Both the position numbers and the translations under genes were made by a program. Below the pieces are notes generated by a model. It saw only the letters and a list, made by a program, of their open reading frames with translations, had not been told where the DNA came from and made no database searches. Below are positions 11,652 through 28,900 of a DNA stretch of 64,000 nt, one piece after another. This stretch comes from Balanoglossus misakiensis (Eukaryota; Animalia; Hemichordata): contig CM082576.2 in NCBI GenBank assembly GCA_040954595.2, positions 4,004,760 through 4,068,759 on the forward strand, in the 5' to 3' direction. The stretch's first letter is position 1; every line of letters starts with the position of its first letter.

Positions 11652-13308
11652 AGGGAGAGAATTACCAACGAAGTGTTCCCCACCAGTGTTTTATATAGTA
11701 CAAGTACCGGTGTATCAGTTCCACCAAAACCAACAACAGGATGGGAAGCAGGAAGAGTAGCCTGTAGAAAACTATTTTAGTGAAGAAACCACTCAGAATT
11801 TTGATAAACTATTCAGCTCATGTCACATTTAGATCAAAGATGGTGTAGATATCTGTCACAAAACCTGATATAGAAGAATGTAGCAATGGCCGGAATAACT
11901 GGCTTTCAAGCGAAATGAAGTTGTGAAAAACAAAAAACTTTCTACTTGTTGTGTGAACAGTTCAGAATGAATTTTTGAGTGTTGCAGATAATTAGGCTAT
12001 GTCATTCATTTCAGCTAAAACTTGTATTCTTTTATGGAACATTGTTGAGTTAGAATTTCATGCTTATTGTCATGTCCTGTTCATGTTTTTTATGATAAAA
12101 TAAAGTCTACTGTGACACAAATGTTAAATTTTTTTTCTGCTAGTAGTGTCTGGTTTTGTTAAATTGTTAGTAGATCAACCATGTCCATGATCATGATGAT
12201 TAAACTAAACCTTCCCTCCATCCACTCATTACATACGCTTTTTCGCGCAGTTGTGCGCAAGGATGTGCGACTCTTAGCGAAAGAGGGCGCATTCTGAAAC
12301 TAAACAATGACGTAATTTTTTTCCAGTGGCTTTTCCTTGACATCCGGGGACTCTGCGCAAGCGCAGTTCGAATGCACACATTGTTGGATCGTTTTGTTCG
12401 TTTGTTTCGCCGTGACTGTGGTGATTTTTTTGCTTCCATCTGTACAGGAAGAGGACATCTTCATGTCGAAGTGGTCCCTCGACACATAACCGATGACTGT
12501 TTTAAGTTGTAAGTAACCCCCTGCCCGTTAAAACGTGCACATTGCAGACATTCGTGAGCCGTTTTTTCATAGACGGCCGTCCATAACTGTTGATTCGCAA
12601 TGTACAAACGTGATGTCACTTGACTTGTGTCTTGGGCTCTTGGCCAAAAATTGTCAAAGTCCGAATGTAGCCAGAGTCCTGACCACTTCCGTGTTGTTCC
12701 TAAACATTACTGTTTAATAAGGCTACCAGCTGGCGACAGTTTTACTCGTTTTAGCGGACACAAATCAATCATCAAAATGAAAGTAGTGCAGCTTTATACG
12801 GCGAAGGTATGCATCTACCAATTCAAAAAACTACATCCCACGACAGGTTCCGCAAGACCATCGAAAACCAGCTTACTTTTGATATTTCATACATTTATTT
12901 TTTTATCCGACAGTGCTGATATATATTTAGTACCTAAGGCACTAGAGCAATTGGTGACCTAATTTACCATCAGTACATACAATTGCATCCAAGTTCAGTG
13001 CAATTATGAAATGATAGAATTTCTTCAATAATGCTAATGTATTTCACGTTATTGTGTTCCTCCATTTCATAGTTGGTTAAGTGTGAAAAGTCTTTATATT
13101 TTAACTGTATAAATTCTACAATCACAAACTTACCCATATCATACATGTACATAAAAAGTGCACAATCATGAGGGCTTGACCAGACTGATTGATAATGATT
13201 GTGATGCAATTTTTAAATTTACTGCTGACATCATTGTATTTGTATGTAATTTTACTCCGTCTCTTGGTCTTTCCAGAAATTGCTAACCAGTTGAGGAAAA
13301 CAACAGTC

Positions 13309-16300
13309 ATGGGGGCATTCTTAGCGAAGCCAAAGACCGAGAAGGAGAATGAACACGGTTCAGGAAATGGGATTCGGTTCGGCTTGAGTAGCATGCAAGG
13401 ATGGCGAGTGGAAATGGAAGATGCACACACAGCAGTGTTGGGGCTCCCGTACGGACTCAAGGATTGGTCGTTCTTTGCCGTTTTTGACGGGCATGCGGGA
13501 TCTAAAGTAGCTAAATACTGTTCTGAACACCTGCTGGATGAAGTTACCCAGAATTCAGATTTTAAGGGCACTACTAAAACCACTGCATCAATCCAGCCTT
13601 CTCTGGACAATGTCAGAGATGGTATTAGGACAGGTTTCTTGAATATAGATAAGAAAATGCGTTCACTGCCCGAGCTGCACACGGGGGAAGATAAAAGTGG
13701 CTCCACTGCAGTATGTGTTCTCATTTCACCCACTCAGTTCTTCTTTGCAAACTGCGGCGATTCCCGGGCAGTCCTAGTGAGGGATGGCAGACCGTTTGTC
13801 ATAACCGAAGACCACAAACCTGTGAAACCAGCTGAAAAGGAGAGAATTGAAAATGCTGGTGGAAGTGTCATGATTCAGAGAGTGAACGGGTCTCTCGCTG
13901 TCTCCCGTGCTCTCGGTGATTATGAATACAAAAATGTTGAAGGGTTAGGGCCGTGTGAGCAGCTCGTGTCGCCCGAACCTGAAGTTTTGGTGGAGGACCG
14001 TTCAGAAAAAGATGAACTGATAATTCTTGCCTGTGATGGCATATGGGATGTAATGTCTAATGAAGAACTCTCTCAGTTTGTAAGATCACGGCTACAGCTT
14101 ACTGATAATTTGGAAACTGTTTGTAATATGGTGGTTGATACCTGTCTAGGAAAGGTATGAATCTTTATTTTGTCATCCTATTAATATGTGCACTAACATT
14201 AGTCTCTTCTAAACATAAACTATCTTGATAGTTTTCAGGTTTTCATAAAACTTTGTTGTGTGTCATCATTCATGTCAATACATTAGTGTACTGTAGACCA
14301 TATTCAGTCATGTTGAACAAGGGTGTCAATGTATGTGTGTAGACTAGTATTTTTATGTTAATGCTGGGGTCATGCAACACAGAGTAATGGTTAAAGCGTT
14401 GAAACTGCTGTGTCAGCATGTGTATTGAAAATACACAACACAAACAACTTGACCATCGTTTCAAGGCTTTGCGGGTTAATCAGAGGTAAATTCTGGAAAT
14501 TAGTATAACTGTAACCTAGAGATGCTGCTGGCTAACAGGATGAAGTTGCCATGTGACTTTTTGTGACCACTGTCCTACTACATGTACATGCATTTATCAC
14601 ATTGGTGTTTCCTGGAATTCTGAATATACATATATGTACATGTGCATGCGACTTGTGTAGTTGTTTAAACACAATTAACCCTTTACACACTGACCTGCAT
14701 CAGTGCATGACATCAGAAGTTTTCTTCGGAACCAGGTTTTATAGTCAGAAGACTTGAACACCACTTGAAGTTGCTATGAGATTATGTGTAGGCGATTGAA
14801 CCTTGATTTGTTGAAGCTCCCCAGGTGGAGGTGTTTTGTAAAAGGTACACACTGCCTGGATGAGTCACACTACCATAACATCTTACACAATACTTTATCA
14901 GGAAGTTCCGGTGATGTCCGTACAGCATAATGTGAAATTTTGTGCTGTCATTCTTGGGTTGGTTGTATGTGTAGTTTGGTAACAGCAGATGTAAATCTTC
15001 TCTGTATGTAAAACGTATAAAGAATGTGGTCTGTGTATTGTGCTACTGACATTTCTTTCCAACAGGTGTTGTGTGTATACACTGTACATGTTCATTTTTG
15101 TACGCTGACTTAATGAAAGAGATTGTTGACTGACAGAGATGAGATACAATCAGTGTACTTGAATTTGCCTGAAAAGCTATCATTGTGGTCTACTGTACCC
15201 ATGCACTATTTTTCCGTTTTCATTTCAGGGAAGTCGTGACAATATGAGCATTGTGTTGGTCACATTCAACAATGCGCCTCAGGTTTCAGAAGAGGCACGT
15301 CAGAAAGAAGCTGAACTGGATGCCAAACTGGAAAACAAAATAAAAGGTATCAATTTCACAAATCTGTATTTTATGTTTATAAAACTTGGACATACATGCA
15401 TTCCCTATGTGTGGGATTGATTTTGAGCGATCACTAGTGCAATCCCAGCCCTGGAATAGAAATTCAGCCCCCAAAGCCTCAAATCAGTTAATACATGTAG
15501 AGTACCGGTACAGTGCAAATGTCCAGTGTGTTGTCAAATCACAATTATTCCATCATTTCTTTGAATTGCAAGCAAGAATGGATGTGTCATGCTTGTTTGT
15601 GTCACTCCCGGCATATATGGTTGGTTCTTTTGAATGGCCAATTCTGAACAGAAATGTCATTCTGTTCTGAATGAGTTTTCTGACCCTGTTCAAAGGTGGA
15701 CAATACGAGTGTACAATTCAAAAGTGGTGTTGTGTGCATGCATGCATGCTGTATTGGCTGTAACAGCAGGGTGTGAGAAATTGGCTGTCCTGCTAGTCTG
15801 TCGAGCCAAGAGTCGGTGGTTTCAAACTGGTTCCTAGGTAGAACTCAAAAGTTACAGTGAAATCAGTTACATAAGGATCACATAGGTACATACATGTAAG
15901 CAGTTTTTCAGATGATTGGTGTACTGGTTTCTTGTCTGGAGTCAACCGCTACCCCTGACCTGAAGTTGACCTTTTAAAATGGGAATTTTTAGCGGTCCTT
16001 GTGGACAGGGACCAGGTCCAAAACTTCAGACCTTCCTACTGTGTGGGCCCTGATCACAATCTACATGTAGTCAATAGTTGCTACAATCCTACATGTACAT
16101 GAAACTGACACAATGCCAAAATTGCCAGTCCTGTCTCTCTGTGCAAAATAGACGATAAAACATAATCTTACAAGTATTGACAGGTTTTAAATCATAATAA
16201 ATACGTTTGGCAGTCCAAAGTGTAGCCCAGTTGGGTGTACACGTATGTAAACGGTAACGGCTACAAAACGTACGTGTGTACTTCCTGGGTCACCATCGGC

Positions 16301-18764
16301 TTGAAAAGGCAGGTGAGAAGATCAAACTGGGCATGGCGACATCACTCAGTGACCCAGCGGCTGCAAGGTCACAGAGATTCCATCGTGTGTATCACACCAG
16401 TGCTAATCAAGATGGCTTGGGAACGGGAATGGCTAAGCGATGACTCATTGTTTGAGTTCAATTATTTGTGATCGGTGACAATAACCGGTGGCAACACGAC
16501 TACATCTGGAGATGTCACGTCTTTTTTTGGGTCCGCGTTTGTCACAAAACAAATAGAAATTGTGATGATTGTGCAGTTTCTCCTTATCTGCAGCCATGAC
16601 AATGTTCTTTCTGTGTGTGATGAAATTGTGTACGGTGCAATAACCGAAAATAGCCTTTGCCCAGACTGGCCGAAGTGTACCTGTTAGATAGACGTGAGAC
16701 ATAATTAATTATAAACTGCTGCCAGCAGAATCGTATTGCACGAGCGATATGGATGATGGCCAGCCAGAATCTGGTATAAGCACCCACAAGTACCACTATT
16801 GATAGGTGGTGTTATATCAGGCATAATTTAAAATGAGGTGTACATGTATTTTCGTTGTGCTATGCCCCTGATAGTCTGACATGCCAAGCCGCGTGTGTCA
16901 CTGTGTGTGGGGGGATGAATATGCATTTTCTGTGTAGACTGGGGGAACATTCAAATTGGACGAACAACTACAATATCAAATATAATCTAAATATTGGAGA
17001 AATAATCACGCATCCAACAAAGTCAATAAGTGTTAATTCATAGCATTGATTATATCAATCATTATTTATTTTGTAAAAGCACAATGTAGTAGTAACCAGT
17101 ACTGTCTGTGGGCACTTTCGCAATTTTTCTTGCCATTTTAGTCTGAACCAGCATGGTTCAGTCATTATATTCTAATCAAGTATTCAAATTCAACCATCAC
17201 AATTTTAATCAATGATTGTCACCAGTGTATGAATTGAACTGTATGGTATGAAATTGTTAGCTTTGATTGTCTTTTACAAATTTGAGAGAAAGATAAGTAG
17301 CTTCCGTATCAAGCAGACACAAGGTCGGATCTTGACTGCAACATTCTGCTGAAATACCACTAGAAATATTTGTAATACTTGATGTCTGATCGAACTGGAG
17401 ACTTTGACTAATTTGCGAAGAATCTTTTGCTCTCAGCATTGAAACACTGAGTGAGTGAATATTTATCTTTTTCCTCTGATAGAAATTCTGGCTGGCTATG
17501 ATCCTGGAGACATAGACTTTGGCCACCTCATGCATATACTCTCCGGTGAAGATGTATCAGGGTTGCCCCCTGGAGGAGGTATTGCCGCAAAGTGAGTATA
17601 TTAAAAACAAACCTTGACTCTGAATGACATTCTGGGCGGTGTTTGTGCGGGAGAAATTGACGGGTCAATCAGAGAGCTGTGGGGAGGTGAGCAGAATGCA
17701 TGGCTGATGAGTGATGATGAATACTATGCATTTCCAGGATATCGAAGGGACTCATTTTGTTGGACTCTTTTGTGCATTTCAATCACATTGAAATTAGAGT
17801 GAAAGTAGGTCGGGGCACAGCCATGTTTGAATTGAGGTAAAAAGATCTCCAAGTGCACCGGTCCCTCAGGAGGGCCTCCTATTTTACAACTAGTGTGTTG
17901 ATTTTGGTGATATAATGAGTGGAATTATATGTTATGTTATCATAATTTTCACAATGTAAATAAAAAAGAGTAGATCTGAATAAAGTGAATTACTTTCTAC
18001 ATGGAGCAAAAGAGTAAATTAATGTCAATAGAGTACTTTGTGCGACCAACCAGATAATGAAAAAAAATACTGCATTCCCTGGGTATTCATTGATGAGGTT
18101 GATGTGAGAATGAAAACCAGTGTGGCTGGTAGCTCAGAGAAGAGACAACTGTTGTGATCTTTCAGAGTCTAGCACTGCTGGAAGCTTTTCTTGTTCAGGC
18201 GCATTTTATGTGTCATAAATAGCCAGTGACGGGTTGTCTGGCAAAGAAAGAGAACCGGACTCGCTAGTAACTGGACATAATGGGGAGGGTTTGTATGCAG
18301 GAATTTCACAACCACTCCTGGAGATCCCAACAACAGAATTGCTGTGAATCCTGAATTTTTTCTCTCTCGTCTAATTTCTTACATGCGTATCTTCTTCAGA
18401 CGCAGTACAATTGAAGACATTTTCCATAGGTTGAACCCAGCATCCAAACAAGATGAGGTAAGAAGATAGTTGTGAAACACTATTGTATCTTTATGGGGAT
18501 TGACGAAGATTGATAGTGGTATTGGAAAAACTTATTTTCTGCTAAAAACTACTGTCAATGACCGAACCTTATGGCAAAAAACCAAGCAATGTTAAATTTA
18601 TTTTTCAGTTCAAATAAACTCGTAGGTCAACAATTCTGTGTGTTTAATTTAAAAGTGAATACGAGAAATTTATTACTTAGCCTCATATAGAAGTTATATA
18701 AATGTTGGCTTATTTTAGTATGATATCTTTCTTTCAGAATAATGCAACTGACGACACATGGTAA
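13309..18764 (+). CDS. PPM1A: Protein phosphatase 1A/1B (PP2C alpha/beta); exons 13309-14154, 15229-15346, 17483-17591, 18400-18457, 18738-18764
   Basis: N-terminus [12 protein letters not shown]; motifs [34 protein letters not shown] and GSRDNMS; C-terminal [10 protein letters not shown]; ends in TDDTW*, resembling PPM1A TDDMW. May be co-orthologous to PPM1A and PPM1B. Confidence 0.93.
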
Positions 18765-21546
18765 AGATGATGAAAATCCTGTGGGCTGGCAAGAAATTAT
18801 ACCAGTAAAGAGAGAGAAAAATGAAACCAGAATAATTTGATTGGATTTTTAAGTATATCAATCACAAGGGGGAAAATGTGTGTAATCGTAGATGAGAATC
18901 AAGCTGCTTTTTTTGAGCACATTTTGAAAGTTGATTTTTTATAATAGCTTATTCAGCATCAGTATGTTATTGTAAAGTTTGCAGTGTTGTATTTTGGGAT
19001 GGGTGTAAAAAGGACAAAATTCAGCTCTTACATTAGTGAATAGCTTGAATCATTTCCTCTTTCATTTAAATGTTAACTGTAATTTTTATACTTGCAAAAA
19101 AAAAAATACTTACCTGGTGTTTTCAGATTGAGGCAGTTTCAAGATACAATGTACAATTTTGTGATTTCGTCAGCAGAGATAGTTCACTAGTAAAGTTCAA
19201 AATGATTATGCAAAATATGTGTAGTGATAGCTGGATTAGCCGACATTCTCCACCAAAATCGCGACTAAGTGAATCAAAGTTAACCGCGGACAAAGTGCTG
19301 CTGTCATATGTGTAGTTTGGTCGGTCGGTTGATTGCAGTTTACAAATTTTTAGAGGTAAACATCAATACTCTACCACCTGTAGTTTTTGCTGTTGCAAAT
19401 GGAAACATTTTGTAATGCCAGAACGAGCTTATTGAATAATGCAGGTTTGCTGCCGTGAAACTGCCTCAATCATGTCCCTAACTGACCATTTGGTCTTACA
19501 ACTTCTTTAATTAAAAACTGTAGGGAAAGACGAAGTAATTTATCCCAGCATCTCTCTTCTACCCCCACCCTCGCTTGTTAACATTTCCCCCACACCTGTT
19601 CTATATCAGGATTGGAAACAAAACACTCCCCAGAAAAGACGCCTTTTGATATAATAAGCCTTGCGCCCGATATCAACAAGTTATAAATATTTACAAAGGT
19701 AAACACATAATGAATGAATAATACAGTTACGTTTCTGTAGATATTATACAAGTGTTGCTTGGTTGTCATAAAATATGCTTGTATTTGTGACTTGTTCTCT
19801 CTCTAGTGAATCCTGTCATTTGAGTAATGACACCCCCATCACCCTTGTACATACACACATTTTTGGTGTTTGATAACGATTGTGTCACGAATGGTGTGTT
19901 GAAATCTCACAATCGAGAATATTATCTGCACGCTGCATCTGCCCAAAAATGTCTCATTTTCCAACCAGATGCAACATGCATTTCTAATCCCCTCTCCCAC
20001 CTCCCCCCCCCCCCCCACCTATTGTTTCTTATCCTGCGCTAAAACTTCAACGTTTCCATTCTGTTCTCAGGAACACTTCTATGAATTATACAAAGCTTCA
20101 GAACTTTCTGCATACTGCATAAAGATAAGTTCAACAAAAAAAGAGGATGTAAGTGTGTGTGTGCGCTTGTACAGTATACACATGTATGAAAGTACTAGAA
20201 CAGTAGCCACAATCATAACTGTGTGAAAGTATTACCTGTATATTAGGGAAAAAATGAAAGCAGTCACTGTATATGCCCATCTCCCTGTCTTTTCCTCTGG
20301 TATAGTGTTGATAATACCTTTGATGCCTAGGGATATACTGAAAAAAAAATTATATTTACTGGGCACATTTTTTTCAGAATAGTAGTGTTTGAATGTGTAA
20401 TTATTTTGATGTACAATTTAAAATACAATTAAAAGCTTGAAATTAACCTTTTACCCATTTTTGGAAGTACTGTAGTATGGCTGTTTGTCAATTTTGCTGC
20501 GGCTGTTAGTGTTTATGACATCTGGCATCATGCTTCTAAATATGAATTAATAACACCAGATATTTCCGACAATTACTCAATTTTTTTTATTTGTAAATAG
20601 GCAGCATTATAACTTCATCTGCAAAGACAGATGTACAGCACTATAAAGTCGCTGTATTTAGAGTATAGAGGAATCTAGATATTTGAAAAAAAAGAGGAAA
20701 AAGTTGAGCATGAATGTGTGTGTACTTTCCGAGTCTGTTATGTTGCTTGTTCACAAATAGTACTTTTAGACGAGTACACAAATACCTGTGCTTGTATTTC
20801 TGGGGTTCATCTTACTTCTCACTCTGTTGTGCTTTCACCTGCAGAAGTTTTATGCCGAAAAGTAGTTTTAATCGAGGAGACCAATGATTGACATCAACAA
20901 CAACAAAAAGACAAAACCCACAACCAAATCTAAAAGGAAATCAAAGTATGGTGAAAGTGTAGCAAGTGGTTTATGTGAGGTGACTATCTTTAGATGGAAA
21001 AATTTAAACTTTGCCGGATGCTGACACTCTGCATACCAACATTCCATGGTGGGGGCGGTTGTTTTTGCCTGAATGCATTGGTGTGCAGAATATTGTCTAC
21101 TGGGCAAGTTCATAGAAAATGTAAATAAATTAAAGTGCCATAGTAAATTCATTTGTGTATTTTCTTGTGTTTCTTTCTTTCATTGGCTGTCCACGTCAGA
21201 CATGGTCCCCTTTCAAACCTGCAGTGATGCAACCTGGGGTTTTGTGAATCGGTGTTTATAGCTCTCTGCTATTGATGTTGCTAACGTCACCAAATTTGCT
21301 GTACTCAACACATCCATGTTCCCATGTTGATTTGTGTGGTCCCTCCTAGACAGAGACTATCATGACTAAAATCAGGAAATGACACTATTTTTATTTTTTA
21401 ACCGTAGACTTTAATAATAATATTTCCTTGAAATCTACATATAGGCTAAAGTGATAACCATGCACTACCTATAGCCCCCTATCAAATAAAAAGACATAAA
21501 AACATTTCTACATAATTCTGTTGGAAATATTTGAGTTCTCATTTCA

Positions 21547-23608
<2,062 letters not shown>

Positions 23609-24864
23609 TATTGCTGGCTGAATTAATTACGCGTCACGAGGCTTTCAAAACATCAAGCCTTTCGCCAAATCGGCAAGTCATGACGATGACACTTCTTTTC
23701 TTTTGAAATGGGTGTTATTATGACGATGTTGATTTCGTGAAACCAAAGACGAAAACAGATCGCACCGGTCAACAGTCACTGTCTGAGGGACTATCAGTCA
23801 GTCAATGGCGATATACGAAATATTGTAGTAACTGATTCGTGTGTAAAGATACCGGACTACTGATCTTTGACCCGTTTTCTAACGTATAAATATTAGAAAA
23901 ATAAACGTGTAAAATTAATACATACTGTCTACAGTATATTGATGGGGGATTCTATATTATACATTTGTTCGAAATTACAAACTGGAAATACAATGTACGT
24001 ATTAGAAGAAACCCTCTAGCCTTTGCAAAAAAATTTGCCGGCGAGGTTCTGAAATGATTGGTGAAATCACCCGTTAAACCGATAAGTAACATGGAATACA
24101 TATACAATTATGAGTATTTTTTGTATACGATACGTGTTGTTCTATTGATAGTTGGCTGAAACCATCGTGTTTTTGTTTACCTCCCTTTGTTAATGCATTT
24201 ATCTCGAGTGACCTAAGTGGGCTAAATTTTGGGAAGCACCGCTTCAAATGAAATGATGGCCTCATAAGGTTTCGTTTCAGACGAACCCAGCCATCACCTG
24301 TGATTAGGTGCATTTTACATTTCAACTCGCTTATTTGTGATGTTTGATAGTCACCAGCGGAATTTTCAAAGAGACACCAGAACGGGAGAGGTACGTAAGC
24401 CTTTCTTTCGAAATATAATTGATATTGAACAAGGAAGGCAGATATCGAGAACCCCAGGTCACCAGGTGTTCAATTTCATTTAAAACCATCATCATCCGGA
24501 GTACAGTTGTTTAGTAGTGCATGCATATACGTTGTAGCTTCTTTGACTTAGCAACCATACGGCTAGAAATGCAACATACTTCTCGACTGAAATTCTTGTC
24601 GGTGCGAAATTGCACGTTGTAAAGAATATTATTTGCAACCACCAAGTTAATCTTTAACCTTTGCAAATAGTATTCTCCTTGCACCTTTCGTATCATCTTT
24701 CTGAAATGTTCTTTCATCTCACAACAAAGTCACATACAAACATACACATGGTCACACAAATGCACATGTCACACACATACATGTGACGTATGCTTATTTT
24801 GGGCAATACATATTAATTTATACACACATGGCATGTACACACGTATGTATATGTTTGTATATGT

Positions 24865-24908
24865 ACACACACACACACACACATACATACATACATACAT
24901 ACATACAC
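24865..24908. repeat. (CA)n/(TACA)n microsatellite
   Basis: Seen directly in the sequence. Confidence 0.85.
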
Positions 24909-25974
24909 AGTGTACCCTCTATTCTAAGCTATATGATGCACCACTGACCCAACAAACTCACTGGTGACTCAAGAAAGTTATCCACACTACATGCAAAGGA
25001 ATAGGGCTGACTCACAAGTTGCAAGTTAATTGCTGCAATAAAATTCTCTGAAATCTTGGAAACAACTTCAGTTATGTAATCCATCTTTATGAGGTGCTTA
25101 TTTCAAATATCTTGACGGTTTAATAGATGGTAAATTGGTCAAAATATCCTCTTCCATTTTACAATATGTGTTCATCTTTCATTTATGGTTTGTGCATTCT
25201 ATGAAATAGTGACACAATAACAAATACATTAACATAACAATTGTTATGCAAATATACATCCTGTCAGGACACAGGAGAATTGCTGAGATAATTTCTCTGT
25301 AAACTTTTTTGTTCACCTTTCATTTTTGGTTTGAATTCCTTGAAATGTTATAGAATTTTTTATTTTTTTTCTGTGTAACCAAATCAGGTATTTCTAACCT
25401 ACTATTGTAAATTGAACAGGTTCTAGAGAAATGGTCATCTGTAATAAATGGCAATTAAAGCTTCCGTATGATGTATTACTATTAACTTACACCATGGTAG
25501 TAGACACCAAGGTAGATGGCTTCAGAAAACTGACTGTCTGAAAAATGTAGGCACTGCAGAAATGATGTTGAAAATATTTCTTGACAACATGCATTTTTGC
25601 AGTAATGACGCTAAATGACACTAATGGTTGGTGCACGTAAGTCCCTTGCATACTTTAGGGAAATTGTCAGAAATGTTGCTGTAGTACCCTCATGCACTTG
25701 AGTGAAGGAAAAGCACACATTGTTATTAGTCTAGTGAAAATTGTGAGGTAGCTGATGACCACATGGAAGAAATCTTAACAATAATAAATTAATTGAACGT
25801 CACTGGAAATGTAAAATTCCGCTTACCTACAGTTGCTTGAAAGACCATATTGGAACATTTCTGGCAATCTCCTAAGATGTCATGTAGTCACTGGTGTGCG
25901 ATCTGTTACTTCCATCACATCACAACAATCATTCTTGTCTTTCTCATTGCAGTTTGTGAAACAAGAACTAAATC

Positions 25975-28900
25975 ATGGCTTCTGAAGATCACGATGTGAC
26001 AGTGATCGACATGGACAGCATCGTGAATGATATGGAGATTCAGGTGGAAGACAACGGCGTGCCACAGCTGTCACATCAGGAGATCCTTCACAACTTCACT
26101 CCCAGGGCTTATCAGGTGGAACTGCTGGAAAGAGCTCTGGAGAAGAACACCGTTGTGTGTCTGCAAACTGGCGGCGGCAAGACCTTCATTGCTGTCATGT
26201 TGATCAAGGAGCTGGCAGATTCTGTCAGACCAGAGTTTGATGAAGGCGGGAAAAGAACATTCTTTCTGGTTAACACAGGTAAGAAAAAGGGGGTTCCTGA
26301 TGTGTTCTTGGTAATGTGGATGTTCACATGTAAGAGCTCATGCTGTAGGCTGCAGGCCTGTAGGATGACATGTACACGGGTGCAGTAGGAGATTTGCTGA
26401 GTAAAGGGCTTGAAAAGTTGTTCTTTTCCTGGCTTCCCCAATGGACAGGTTAAAAATGTTTACTTGTCCAGACAGGAAAAGGTACCTGTTCTCCCAATAT
26501 TTTATAGTCAGTGTAACTCTTCGCCTGATTGGCATGTGGGAGCCTCCAATTTGGACAGGAGTATTTTCCATGTTGGGCAAAATGGCTTCCTCTGCAACTT
26601 ACAAGAGACCAGCGCCCCCAGTGTCAAAAGTTCAACATTTTTGGTGTAATTGTTTTTTCGTTGTGGCATGCTTCTTGGATAATAAAGCTTTTGTCAATTT
26701 AAACAAAAAACTTTTTATATAGAAAAGTATACTATTCAAAATTTCTACAGTTGCGTGAATTGAAAGTTTTAGAAGTATGATCACACAAGAGACTTTTAAA
26801 TAAAACAGATTACAGACTACAAAAATTTCTTCTATTCATGTGAATAACAAATTTTCAAAAGTACTTGTCAATGGCATTAAAGACTTAGTACCTGCCTGGG
26901 ACAGGCAAACAAGCAACATTTTGAGCCATGGACTAGCTTGGTGGAGCTAATCTGCATATTACGGCAATTAAAAGTTAACTATCCTTGAACACCTGTAGTA
27001 ATGTACCACATACATGTATCATGTGGTGGAAATTGAAATATGTAGTACCAGTATATAACAAAACTGCCAGAAAGTCAATGTCATCATTTATGCATGATTT
27101 AGTAATATGCATGTAATAATGTATTTGTTCCACAATGTGTCTTTCAGTACCTCTGGTAGCGCAGCAAGCCAGTGTCATCCGAACTCACACAGATCTGAGT
27201 GTAGGCGAGTATGTGGGTGCGATGGGGGTGGACTTCTGGAAGGGGGAGAGGTGGAACGAAGAATTCAGTAAGCATCAGGTTCTAGTGATGACCTCCCAGA
27301 TTTTCCTGGATATCTTGCTCCATGGATTTCTGGGAATGTCCAGGGTCAATCTCCTGATATTCGACGAGTGCCACCGAGCGGTCAAGAACCACGCCTACCG
27401 GGAGATCATGAAGCTGTACGATGTGTGCCTGAAGGATGATTATCCCAGGGTGTTGGGTCTCACCGCCGCCATTCTCAACGGCAAGTGTGATCCGGCGAAA
27501 CTCGAAAGCCGGCTAAGGGACTTGGAGAAGACCATGAGAGGTACGGCGGAAACGGCAACGGACACAACTCTCGTCAGCCAGTACGGAACCAAGCCCAAGG
27601 AAATCATAATCCTGTGCCAATCGTACCAGGACGAAAACAATCTCACTGAAGAAATCTTAGAAATCATCCTCAAAGCTAAGCTGTTCCTGGAAGACTGTAA
27701 TGTGAATGTTGGCGATGAAGATGCTGAGAGGGACCCCAGAGCACTTCCCAAGAAAGCCCTGTCGGAATGCCAGTGTTCTCTGCTCGTTCTGGGCCCCTGG
27801 TGCGCCAACATGGTCTGCCAGTTGATGATCAAAGAGCTGGAGAAAGTGGAGTTTCACCAGACCCTGGAACTCAGCAAGCTCCTGATCCGTTTCACCATGA
27901 CGACGCTGCGCATCATTTACATGAGGTGCACGGAGGTGATTGGCGGCGGCCACAAAGTGAACCTCAAGTATCTCACCCCGAAGGTGCTCAAACTCCTGGA
28001 AATTCTCAAGCAATACAAACCACAGCCCTCCGACTGCCCTGAATCCACGGCGACAAAGAAGTCCCCAAAAAAGAGTGTCAACTTGGCAGACGAACCGGCG
28101 AGAGATGCTCATTTGGAGAGGGGTGTTGCCAACGGAGACCTGGAGATGGGCACTCCAGACAGCATAGTGTCTAACAAGCAGATGGCATCCTCTGACAAAC
28201 AGATGCTGTCAGCGAGGGGGAAGGCTCTCTCATCTACTCAGGAAAAAAACAGCCACACAACTCGAAGCAAAGTACAACAAAAACAGAAGCATTTCAATTA
28301 CTACAGCGATCAGCAGGTCGGTGCCTCTGGTCTGTCCTCCCTCTGTGGCGTGGTCTTTGTCGAACAGCGGTACACGGCGGTCGTCTTGAACCAGCTGCTG
28401 AAAGATCTCAGTCGGCAAGACCCCAACTTGCAGCACCTTTCCACGAGCGAGATCACGGGACACGGGCTGAGATCGTCCGTGTCGGGCGGGCACGCTGAAA
28501 TGGCCTACAAGAGACAGGAAGAAGTGCTTCGCCAGTTCCGCCGACACGAGACCAACTTGCTCGTGGCCACCAGCGTCATCGAAGAGGGCGTTGACGTTCC
28601 CAAGTGTAACTTGGTGGTGCGCTTTGATCCCATTAAAGAGTACAGGTCATACGTGCAATCTAAAGGCAGAGCCAGGGCTCCAGAATCCTTTTTCATCATG
28701 ATGGTCAACAGCTCAGACAGGGAAACTTTTACCAGGGATCTTAAGCAGTTTAAGTGCATTGACAGGGTGAGTTAATAATCAGCCACTTTCCATTTGCCAG
28801 TCATTCTAACCATCCATGTAATGTCAAAAATTTTCCGTGAGAATTAAGCTAAATATTTGTGTTTTATCATGAACATGGAAGAGTAACACTATGAATATTG

